Below are positions 18,701-26,840 of a stretch of DNA of 64,000 bases, one piece after another. The notes below the pieces were generated by a model. That model made no database searches. It was not told where the DNA came from and worked only from the letters and a program-made list of their open reading frames with translations. Origin of the DNA: an uncultured Acidobacteriaceae bacterium (GTDB lineage Bacteria > Acidobacteriota > Terriglobia > Bryobacterales > Bryobacteraceae); assembly GCA_963754595.1 (NCBI GenBank), contig CAVWGO010000002.1:283579-347578 (forward strand), in the 5' to 3' direction. Both the position numbers and the translations under genes were made by a program. Every line of letters begins with the position of its first letter. Within the stretch, counting starts at the first letter, position 1.

Positions 18701-18767
18701 TGAAACCAGGTTTTTTATTGGCGGTGAGTATCAGCCGCTATGACAAAAAGCAGATCTAACATCGCAG

Positions 18768-19193
18768 ATGGTGGCCGCTCCTACGCCGGAGCACATGCGA
18801 ATCCATGCGGTGCCTGAGCGCAGTGTCGCTGACTCATTCTTGGAGCCGCACTTCAAACCTCAAGATCTAGCGAAGCTCTGGGGTTACAGCACGCGCACCA
18901 TACAGGACTGGTTCCGCGAAGAACCAGGAGTACACAAGCGAAAAGCGACTAAGAAGAGTTCTCTCCGCATCCCGGAGAGTGTGGCCAAATCAGTGTACGA
19001 GCGCCACCGCGTTGATGGCAGGCGCAGCCTGCACAATACCTGCAACGAGCCGCTCCAGCCGGGCCTCACGGTCAACAATCCAAGCGGCGTAATACTTCTC
19101 CGTGACGGCTATCGAGCTGTGCGACAGAAGCCGCGAAACATCCTCAAGCTGCGCACCACCGAGCAGCATTCGAACCGCAAACGTGTCGCGTAG
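18768..19193 (+). CDS. excisionase/AlpA-like helix-turn-helix protein; the 3' end is uncertain because the ORF runs on antisense to the integrase relic
   Basis: FKPQDLAKLWGYSTRTIQDWFREEPGVHKRK...LRIPESVAKSVYERH. Confidence 0.45.
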   Translation: MVAAPTPEHMRIHAVPERSVADSFLEPHFKPQDLAKLWGYSTRTIQDWFREEPGVHKRKATKKSSLRIPESVAKSVYERHRVDGRRSLHNTCNEPLQPGLTVNNPSGVILLRDGYRAVRQKPRNILKLRTTEQHSNRKRVA

Positions 19194-19710
19194 GCGGCGG
19201 GGTCGGCAGTCCGGTACTCCGATACCATCGCCCAGGTTCTGCATTCTTTCGTAGACTTGCGCCCCCAGGTACTTCGGCGATTTGTCGTCGTAGGAAAAGG
19301 TAATTGGGGTGATAGTCACTGGCAGTGATCGATCGCCTCCTTCAGGGCATCACTCAAGAATACTTTTGTGAGCTTTGGCTTTTTGGTTCGCACCCGTTTG
19401 CCGGGGAAAAAACGCCGCGACGCGAGGTACAGGCGTGCTGCATCGGACAGCGCCAGACCTTTCTCGGTGGGTGCCGCTATCTTAGGCGTGTGCTGGATGA
19501 TGAGACTCTGCCGAAACGCCTCCGCAGGGGGCAGGGTAGTCGTACCGGTGGACTGTCGGGGAACACTCTGACCATCAGGCGTCTGCCCCTGATCCAGACG
19601 GGACAGCCACAATCCCAAAGATAGTTAGGGGCTTCGGGTGTCAGTTCTAGACCGGCACGGCACGATCGCAGGTGGCGCTTATAGAGAACCAGGGTCTCTA
19701 GAGTCCGCAT
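18990..19710 (-). pseudogene. tyrosine recombinase (phage-type integrase), frameshifted and internally deleted
   Basis: Three consecutive fragments. N-terminus: LYKRHLRSC...LWDCGCPVWIRG. It continues in another frame: TPDGQSVPRQSTGTTTLPPAEAF. C-terminus: LRDTFAVRMLLGGAQLEDVSRLLSHSSIAVTEKYYAAW, which carries the H-x-x-R-like and catalytic Tyr region. The total is about 240 aa, so most of the catalytic core is missing. Confidence 0.7.
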
Positions 19711-19827
19711 TCTGCTTGCTCTGTGTACGAATGGAGTCGAAGCTTGACGCCAGGGTAGCAGATCCGTGTACGGATGTGCGTACAGAGTTTTATGGGGATT
19801 GCTTCTAAACTACTGAAATTGAGACCT

Positions 19828-19901
19828 TGGTTCCCCGACATGGATTCGAACCACGATTAACGGCTCCAAAGGCCGCTGTCCTACCGTTAGACGATCGGGG
19901 A
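19828..19901 (-). tRNA. tRNA-Gln(UUG), 74 nt, CCA encoded
   Basis: Folds by hand. Acceptor TCCCCGA/TCGGGGA (U1-A72), D stem GTCT/GGAC, anticodon arm GCGGC-CTTTGGA-GCCGT, T arm CGTGG-TTCGAAT-CCATG, then ACCA. Confidence 0.9.
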
Positions 19902-19980
19902 GCGTTGCGTCGTGAACACGGCAACTCTCATCAGTCTAACAAGTCGCCCTGAACACCTTGCACACGGGTCCCGCGAGACG

Positions 19981-20385
19981 TCACCACTGCGAGTAAGGTG
20001 AGCCTTCCAAGCTGTTCTTTTCAGACCCGCTCTTCACATCGAACACGCCCGGCGTCCCAGTGCTGCCGCTAACCGCGGTCTCTTCCATAACCACTCGCCA
20101 CGTCTGATCCGACCCGGTCATCGGGTCCTGCGGAATCTGCCGCAGGTACCCCTCCGACACCAGATCCTGCAGACTCTGAGGCGCTTGCTGCTTGTCCACC
20201 GTGTACTCGTCAATCATGTTGCGTAACGTAAACAGATTGCTGCGCAACACGCTCTCTTTGGCGCGAATCACGGACTTCTGATAGATTGGCACCGAAATGG
20301 CCACTAGCACCGAGATGATGGCCATCACCACCATTAGCTCGATAAGTGTAAAGCCGCGCTGCCATCGCTTCTTGCTGCTCTGCAT
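19981..20385 (-). CDS. type II secretion GspG-like pseudopilin (prepilin N-terminal methylation motif)
   Basis: MQSSKKRWQRGFTLIELMVVMAIISVLVAISVPIY, ...QIPQDPMTG. The start overlaps the stop of the upstream gene (TAATG). Confidence 0.85.
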   Translation of the reverse strand: MQSSKKRWQRGFTLIELMVVMAIISVLVAISVPIYQKSVIRAKESVLRSNLFTLRNMIDEYTVDKQQAPQSLQDLVSEGYLRQIPQDPMTGSDQTWRVVMEETAVSGSTGTPGVFDVKSGSEKNSLEGSPYSQW

Positions 20386-20924
20386 TACCACTCCGAATAC
20401 GGCGTCCCGTCGCCGGCTTTGTCCAGTGTTTTCGAATACACGTCGAATACATTTTGCCCGCCCCAGGAACTGGAATCCGGCTCGTCCTGCATGGCGCGCT
20501 TGCCCCAATCCTTGTCGCCCGTCATCGGATCTTTAGGAATGTTGCGCAGGAATCGCATCTTCCCGGTCTGGTGGCTGTCCACAGAAATGGTGTTCTGCAT
20601 CTTGACGCCGTCCACCAGCACGTCCAGCGTCTTCGGGTAACAGTAGCCCTCCGGACTGCCCGGATCGATCTTGCCCGTATCGCACATGTCTTTGTACTTG
20701 TCGATCGCGTGGCGCATCTCGTGCAAGTCGTTGTTCAGCTCCTTCTCCTTGGCACGGCGAACCTGGTAGCGCGCCATGGGAACAGCCATGGTGGAAAGCA
20801 CCAGCAGAATGGTGAACGCCACAATCAACTCAACCAAAGTTAGCCCGGCTTGCGTACGGCGCCGGCGCTCAAGCGCGGTAGCGCCGGCTTTGCGGCGGAA
20901 CGGCATGGACGATGAAAGCTCCAT
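20385..20924 (-). CDS. GspG-like pseudopilin, paralogue with a long leader
   Basis: QAGLTLVELIVAFTILLVLSTMAVPM, ..NIPKDPMTG, and a C-terminal ..GTPYSEW, like its neighbour (..GSPYSQW). Confidence 0.8.
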   Translation of the reverse strand: MELSSSMPFRRKAGATALERRRRTQAGLTLVELIVAFTILLVLSTMAVPMARYQVRRAKEKELNNDLHEMRHAIDKYKDMCDTGKIDPGSPEGYCYPKTLDVLVDGVKMQNTISVDSHQTGKMRFLRNIPKDPMTGDKDWGKRAMQDEPDSSSWGGQNVFDVYSKTLDKAGDGTPYSEW

Positions 20925-20925
20925 T

Positions 20926-23142
20926 TTACTGCTGCGGCGGAGTCTGCTTCGGCGTTGGAGGCGCGCCCTGTGTCGAAGGTGCCGGTGCCGTAGAAGGCAC
21001 CGGTGGAGGCGCCGCGGACGGCACTACTGACGGTACGGGCAGGTTGCGCTGTGACTGCGGCACAGTATACGGATTAACGGGATTACCGCGCTGTTGGCCA
21101 GGCGCAACGGCCGGTGCAGTGTTGTTCGCGGGCGCTGGCTGCGGTACGGGAGGATTTGTCGCTAAACCTGGCGTCACCTCTATCGGTGCGTTCGGCGCGG
21201 CCTGTGAGGCTGCCCCATCCACTACGTCCAGCGAACCATCCGGACGCCGCATCACGTGAATGCGCGTCTCCGACCCGGCATACACGCCACCCTCGGGTCC
21301 GTTGTTGTAATCCGGACCCCGCACAATGTGCGGAATCAGCGCGATCAGAATCTCATCGTCCGACTTGGTCTTTTCTTTCGACCCGAATAGGTACCCCAGT
21401 ACAGGAATGTTCGTCAACCCGGGAAATCCGGAGTTGGTCGTGCTTAGTTCCTGATCGGACAATCCGCCCAGCAAGCCCACTTCGCCGTCCTTCATGCGGA
21501 TGTCCGCCTCATTTGAGCGCTGGGTGATGACGGGTTCCTGGATTCCCGCAATCACTACCGGCGTCGCCTGATTTGAAATCTCCACTTTCAAGTGCATGCT
21601 GAGGTCTTCCGGACCATTCACGTGCGGCTGCAATGTGATATTCACGCCCACGTCGATTTGTTGGAATTGCGTCGTGGAGTAAGGCGTTGTGCCGGTCGAT
21701 ACAACCGAGTTCAACGATCCTGACACATACGGGATCTTTTGGCCGATCTTCAACTCGGCTTTGCCGCCATCGGTGCACCGGACCTGGGGACGCTGCAGGA
21801 TACGGCTTGTCGCATCCGACATGATTGCCTGCAGCAAAGTTGAAGGCAGGCTGGTTGAAAAGTCGGCCGATGAAATGTGGCCCAGGCTGGCGATCGTGAA
21901 GTAGGAAGAATTTCCGCTCGTCGAACCCGAGGTCGTGGTGCCGGTTCCAGTAGTCGTGGTCGTGCCTGTGGTGCCCGTCGTCGTACCTGACGTGGTCCCG
22001 GTCGTGCCAGTGGTCGTCGTTGTTGTGCCCGAACCACTGCCGGTGCCGATTGTTACCGGGTTGCGCGGAGTGAAGTTCACCGGTAAGCTCAAGCCTCCCT
22101 GTCCCAGTAAGGCCGCTCCAATGGTTTGCGTCTTCAGCTTGCTTACTTCCATAATCACCACATCCACCAGCACTTCCGATTTCGGTTTATCCAAATCGTG
22201 GACCAGCTTCTCGATGATCGCTAAAGCATCCGGCGTTCCTCGCGCCACAATCGCATTCTGGTTCTGCACTTGAAACAGGCCCTGATTGATTTTTGACGCC
22301 GTGCGGACAGCGTTGAAAATTTCCGTAAATTCGGCCTGTGAAGTCGAGTTCTGCACATAGAACACCTTCACAATCTCGTCCTGATACTCCTGCCGCTTGG
22401 GCTCGCTTTCCTGGGTGACGAAAATGGCGTTCCGGCTGATCGCCTTCCAGAACGTGTGCGTCTCCAGCGCGATATAGTTCAGCGCCTCTTCCAGCGTGAC
22501 GTTGTTTAAATCCAGGTTGAAATTCTTGCCCGGAACGGCTTCAACCCCCGTCGGATCCAGCAGCACGTTGATACCGGCCAGTTTGCCCACTGTCTCGTAC
22601 AGAATGCGCACCGGCTCGTTGTTCATGCGGACATTGCGCATCATGTCGGTGATCGGGCGCAGCTGCGGCGGCGATTCCAGCGAGTTCAGGCGCTTTTCCA
22701 AATCCTGCCTTGCCTGCTGCGCCGGTGTCAGAATCTGAGTGCCCGGCGCTGATTCCTTCTGCTTCCGCAGCATCTCGTTAGTGGCGCGAATTTCCTGAAA
22801 CGCCACCGCCGAAGCGTCAAGCAGCACCGCGCGCTGAAACTGCACCAGCGCTTCATTGAAGCGCTGCTCGCGCTGGTCAATCCGGCCCTGCTCCACATGC
22901 CACTGCGAAGCGGCGGAATGGGCGCGCCGGTCTGCCATCAGATAGCTCGGCTCCTGCGGCTCGGTTGCCAGCGCCTGGTCGTAGTCGTCGACGGCAATGT
23001 CCCAATCTTTTGCCTGCTCGGCCTTCTGCGCCAGCTTCAACAACTTATCGCCTTTATGGTTCTTGGCTTCTATGGTTCCGAGCGCCAGCAAAAGGAGGCA
23101 CCCGAGGCTTGAAAATCGCTGTAATCTCTTGAAAAACTTCAC
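20926..23142 (-). CDS. secretin (GspD/PilQ family) with TPR-like N-terminus, Thr/Gly-rich insert and Pro-rich C-terminal tail
   Basis: Signal peptide MKFFKRLQRFSSLGCLLLLALGTIEA. Secretin core ..VTQRSNEADIRMKDGEVGLLGGL...IPVLGYLFGSKEKTKSDDEILIALIPHIV. Confidence 0.9.
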   Translation of the reverse strand: MKFFKRLQRFSSLGCLLLLALGTIEAKNHKGDKLLKLAQKAEQAKDWDIAVDDYDQALATEPQEPSYLMADRRAHSAASQWHVEQGRIDQREQRFNEALVQFQRAVLLDASAVAFQEIRATNEMLRKQKESAPGTQILTPAQQARQDLEKRLNSLESPPQLRPITDMMRNVRMNNEPVRILYETVGKLAGINVLLDPTGVEAVPGKNFNLDLNNVTLEEALNYIALETHTFWKAISRNAIFVTQESEPKRQEYQDEIVKVFYVQNSTSQAEFTEIFNAVRTASKINQGLFQVQNQNAIVARGTPDALAIIEKLVHDLDKPKSEVLVDVVIMEVSKLKTQTIGAALLGQGGLSLPVNFTPRNPVTIGTGSGSGTTTTTTGTTGTTSGTTTGTTGTTTTTGTGTTTSGSTSGNSSYFTIASLGHISSADFSTSLPSTLLQAIMSDATSRILQRPQVRCTDGGKAELKIGQKIPYVSGSLNSVVSTGTTPYSTTQFQQIDVGVNITLQPHVNGPEDLSMHLKVEISNQATPVVIAGIQEPVITQRSNEADIRMKDGEVGLLGGLSDQELSTTNSGFPGLTNIPVLGYLFGSKEKTKSDDEILIALIPHIVRGPDYNNGPEGGVYAGSETRIHVMRRPDGSLDVVDGAASQAAPNAPIEVTPGLATNPPVPQPAPANNTAPAVAPGQQRGNPVNPYTVPQSQRNLPVPSVVPSAAPPPVPSTAPAPSTQGAPPTPKQTPPQQ
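21907..22053 (-). repeat. low-complexity Thr/Gly/Ser-coding tract inside the secretin
   Basis: Encodes TIGTGSGSGTTTTTTGTTGTTSGTTTGTTGTTTTTGTGTTTSGSTSGNS. The DNA is built from reiterated ACC/GGT-type units. Confidence 0.8.
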
Positions 23143-23350
23143 TTTAGACGCTACCAGCTTATGTTAAACTTAGGGTCGCAGGACGGCTGTTTGCCCCACA
23201 ACGGACCGAAACGGCACTCGATCCCGTAGCCCTAGAGAAACTGTTCTTCTCTAGACGTATTCCTCTCCTACACAGGAATAGATAACGGTAAGAAAACCGC
23301 TTAGATTGAATGGCTGAAATACCTATTAAAGCAGCATCGACGTACGCACT

Positions 23351-23821
23351 GTGAACCAGCCAAGCGAAATCAAACTTCTTAGCGACAACCGGTCGGCCGG
23401 TCACAACTTTCATTTGCTCGATCGGTACGAGGCTGGAATGGTCCTCACCGGCACCGAAGTCAAGGCCGCCAAAACCGGCAAAATTCAGCTTAAAGAAAGC
23501 TATGCCGAGGTCCAGGACGGCGAGGCTTGGCTCATGAACGCTCATATCAGCGAGTATTCGCACGGCAACATCATGAACCATCAGCCTGTCCGTAAGCGCA
23601 AACTGCTCCTCCACCGGTCTGAAATCGAAAAGCTCCAGGTGGAGACACGGGAAAAAGGCCTCACGCTGGTTCCCACTCGGCTATACCTGAAGGGCGGAAA
23701 AATCAAAGTAGAGATCGCTGTCGCCAAGGGCAAGAAGTTCCACGATAAGCGTGAAGCCACCAAAGCCAAAGAGATGCAAGCCGAAGCGAAAGCGGAGATG
23801 GCCCGCCGTGCTCGCCAGTAG
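23351..23821 (+). CDS. smpB: SsrA-binding protein SmpB
   Basis: [27 protein letters not shown]...[11 protein letters not shown]...[15 protein letters not shown]...[30 protein letters not shown] start. Confidence 0.95.
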   Translation: MNQPSEIKLLSDNRSAGHNFHLLDRYEAGMVLTGTEVKAAKTGKIQLKESYAEVQDGEAWLMNAHISEYSHGNIMNHQPVRKRKLLLHRSEIEKLQVETREKGLTLVPTRLYLKGGKIKVEIAVAKGKKFHDKREATKAKEMQAEAKAEMARRARQ

Positions 23822-23982
23822 CCTCGTCGTGTTTTCCCGCCAGAAGCGCCGTGCCACTTACGACGTTCCAGCCTGCAAAGCGGTTCCCCGGCTTTGCCGT
23901 ACAACACGCATCCCGTCATGGTTCCCCCGTTGGACGCGTCCGTTCACAATCGGATAGGACACTCAAAGAAGAAAGCATCGCT

Positions 23983-25488
23983 ATGAAAATTCAGTTGCAA
24001 ACGAAGCTGCCGGCAGAGGTGGAAGCGGACGCTCTCGCCATCCTGGCGTTCGAACCCGAGACCGGCGTACAGGCAGAAGACTCGCCCCTTGCGAATCAGG
24101 CCGGTTGGCTTGCTGAGGCTCGTCTTAGCGGCGAATTCACCGGCAAGCTTTATGAATTCCTCACGTTACCGCGCCCGGACGGACTGCGTGCGCGCCGGCT
24201 GATTGTCGCGGGCGCCGGCAAACGTGCCAAGTTCACTGCCGTCGAGGCGCGTCGAGTAGCCGGCGCTCTCGTCCGCTTTCTCAAACCCAAAAACGTCCGT
24301 CACGTCGCCCTGGTTCTCGCAGGTGCCACCGCTGAACTCGCCCCTGCCGCAGTCGCCGCTGCTGTTGTCGAAGGTGCCGTCCTCGCCGCCTGGGAACCCG
24401 ATAAGTATCGAACCGATCCCAAGAAGAACGACAAGTTCGTCGACACCTTCACCGTAGTAGTCGAAAACGGTGATGCCGCTGCGCTTCAGTCCGCTATCGA
24501 AGCCGCACGCATCACGGCCGAGTCACAGAACCTCACGCGCGACCTGGTGAATGAGCCTGCCAATCGACTCTATCCTGAAGACCTTGCGCAGGCCTCCCGG
24601 AAGATGGCCGGAGAAAGCGGCCTCGAGTGTGAAATCCTCGATCGCGATGCCATGGCACAGCTCGGGATGGGCGCGCTGCTGGGTGTCGCGCAAGGCAGCG
24701 ATCGTCCGCCCTTCCTTATCGTTCTCAAATATCGTCCGCAGTCGCCGGCATCGGCCGACCACCTTTGCCTCGTCGGAAAGGGCGTCACGTTCGATACTGG
24801 CGGCATTTCCATCAAGCAGGCCGACGGTATGGAGAAGATGAAGTACGACATGGCGGGCGCCGCCGCGGTCATCGGGGCCATGAGGGCCATTGCGCAACTC
24901 AAGCCCTCCATCGCTGTTACCGGTTACATTCCGACGGTGGAAAACATGATCAACGGAAACGCACAGCGGCCCGGCGATATTGTCACCTCCCTTGCAGGCA
25001 AGACCATCGAAGTCCTGAACACCGATGCGGAAGGCCGCCTGATTCTCGCAGACGCCATCACCTACGCCAATCGCAACGGCGCAACTCACATTGTTGATGC
25101 TGCCACTCTGACGGGAGCCATCAACGTGGCGCTCGGACAATACAACATCGGCTCGTTTACGAACAACGACGATTTCCTGGCACGTTTCCACGCCGCCGCC
25201 CGCGGCGCAGGCGAAAAGGTCTGGCAGTTACCCCTGGAGGAAGACTATAAGGAGTACCTCAAATCCGCGTTTGCAGACTTGCCCAACATCGGTGGGCGCG
25301 CTGCCGGCTCCATCACTGCCGCTTGGTTCCTGCGCGAATTTGCCGATCCCACGCCCTGGGTTCACCTCGACATTGCCGCCACCGCCTGGCTCGACGATCC
25401 CAAGCCCTGGCTCTCCAAGGGCCCAACCGGTGTTGCGGTACGTTCCTTCGTGTATTTGGCGACACACTGGAGCGAAGGGAAACAGTAA
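23983..25488 (+). CDS. pepA: leucyl aminopeptidase (M17)
   Basis: GKGVTFDTGGISIK, MKYDMAGAAAV, and the signature NTDAEGRLILADA. The start is taken at MKIQLQT. Confidence 0.95.
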   Translation: MKIQLQTKLPAEVEADALAILAFEPETGVQAEDSPLANQAGWLAEARLSGEFTGKLYEFLTLPRPDGLRARRLIVAGAGKRAKFTAVEARRVAGALVRFLKPKNVRHVALVLAGATAELAPAAVAAAVVEGAVLAAWEPDKYRTDPKKNDKFVDTFTVVVENGDAAALQSAIEAARITAESQNLTRDLVNEPANRLYPEDLAQASRKMAGESGLECEILDRDAMAQLGMGALLGVAQGSDRPPFLIVLKYRPQSPASADHLCLVGKGVTFDTGGISIKQADGMEKMKYDMAGAAAVIGAMRAIAQLKPSIAVTGYIPTVENMINGNAQRPGDIVTSLAGKTIEVLNTDAEGRLILADAITYANRNGATHIVDAATLTGAINVALGQYNIGSFTNNDDFLARFHAAARGAGEKVWQLPLEEDYKEYLKSAFADLPNIGGRAAGSITAAWFLREFADPTPWVHLDIAATAWLDDPKPWLSKGPTGVAVRSFVYLATHWSEGKQ

Positions 25489-25564
25489 TCATCCATTCAG
25501 ACGGACGTCTAGCTTTCGGGGCTAAGCGGCCCTCGGGTTATGCTAATCGGCGGAGGTCGCCTTC

Positions 25565-26819
25565 ATGCAGCTTCGTGTTCTGGCGTTTGTGCTGGCCGGT
25601 GGTAAAGGTACACGCCTTTCCCCCTTAACCAAAGAGCGGGCCAAACCGGCGGTGCCCTTTGGCGGCCGCTATCGCATCGTCGATTTTGTCCTTAGCAATC
25701 TGGTGAACTCCGGCATCTTTTCCATCTACGTGCTGGTCCAGTTTAAGAGTCAGTCCCTGTTGCAGCACCTGCGCGAGGGGTGGGAAGTCAGCGGCTTATT
25801 GAAGAACAACTTCATCATTCCCGTTCCGGCCCAGATGCGTTCTCAGCAGGAAGATTGGTACCGCGGAACGGCAGATGCCATCTTCCAGAACATCAATTTA
25901 ATCGAACAGGCCGACCCGCATGTCGTCGTCATCTTCGGCGCCGACCACATCTACCGCATGAATATCCGGCAGATGATTGAGTACCACGTGGAAAAGCGTG
26001 CCGGCGTCACTGTCGCTGCCATCCCCGTGCAGAAGGAGTATGCGTCCGAGTTCGGCGTCGATCGAGACAACGCCCGAAGGCAACATCGTCGGCTTCCATG
26101 AAAAGCGTTCCGATGCTCCCACTATGCCCGACGATCCCACGCGCGTCTACGCCTCCATGGGGAACTATGTGTTCTCTACCGACCTGCTGCTGCGCGAGCT
26201 CTATGAGGATGCCCGCAACGAGAACAGTGCTCACGACTTCGGAAAGAATATACTGCCTGGTCTGATTGGCCGGGCCGACATGTACGCTTACGATTTCCAG
26301 ACCAACGTCATCCCGGGCGACCCCATCGGCTCGCCGCAGTACTGGCGCGACGTGGGTACCCTCGATGCTTACTACGAAGCCAGCATGGACCTGCGCGCGG
26401 TCTCTCCCGAACTAAACTTGTATAACCGCCAATGGCCGCTGCGCACCGCTGGGTATTTCGACGCACCTGCAAAGTTCGTTTTCGATGAGGAAGGGCGTCG
26501 CGGCATGGCCATCGATTCCATCGTTGCCGGCAGCTCTATCGTCTCCGGCGGCTCCGTCAAGAATTCCGTGCTCGGCCGCGGTGTTCGAGTGCACACCGGC
26601 GCCATAGTCGAAGATTCAATCCTTTTCGATAACTGCGACGTCGGCCGCCATGCCTGCGTCCGTCGGGCCATCCTCGACAAGAACTGCAAAATCCCGGAAG
26701 GAACCAAGATCGGTTACGACCTGGAAGCCGACCGCAAGAAATACCACGTCACCGAAAGCGGCATCGTCGTCATTGAGGGTTACCAATCCACCGTGGACAT
26801 TGCAACGCTGCAAGTGTGA
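25565..26819 (+). pseudogene. glgC: glucose-1-phosphate adenylyltransferase with a single extra base (frameshift at 26060-26063)
   Basis: Part 1: VLAGGKGTRLSPLTKERAKPAVPFGGRYRIVDFVLSN ... ASEFGV. Part 2 is in the +1 frame: ETTPEGNIVGFHEKR...YWRDVGTLDAYYEA... Exactly 4 nt (GATC) lie between the last good codon and the first good codon. Confidence 0.85.
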
Positions 26820-26840
26820 CGCAGCCATGTGGCTTCGCTG

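Noticed and set aside
18486-18757. An open frame on the plus strand reading ..KLVAVRLITPTKDGEPLPITARVKEPALADVPVTFEKIRPQFALLNRSRFRLDGEVGIFYLKPGFLLAVSISRYDKKQI*.
   Set aside because: It has no ATG, GTG or TTG start with an RBS. It runs straight through the 12-bp terminator hairpin and U-tract and uses AT-rich codons that are atypical for this DNA. It is more likely non-coding.
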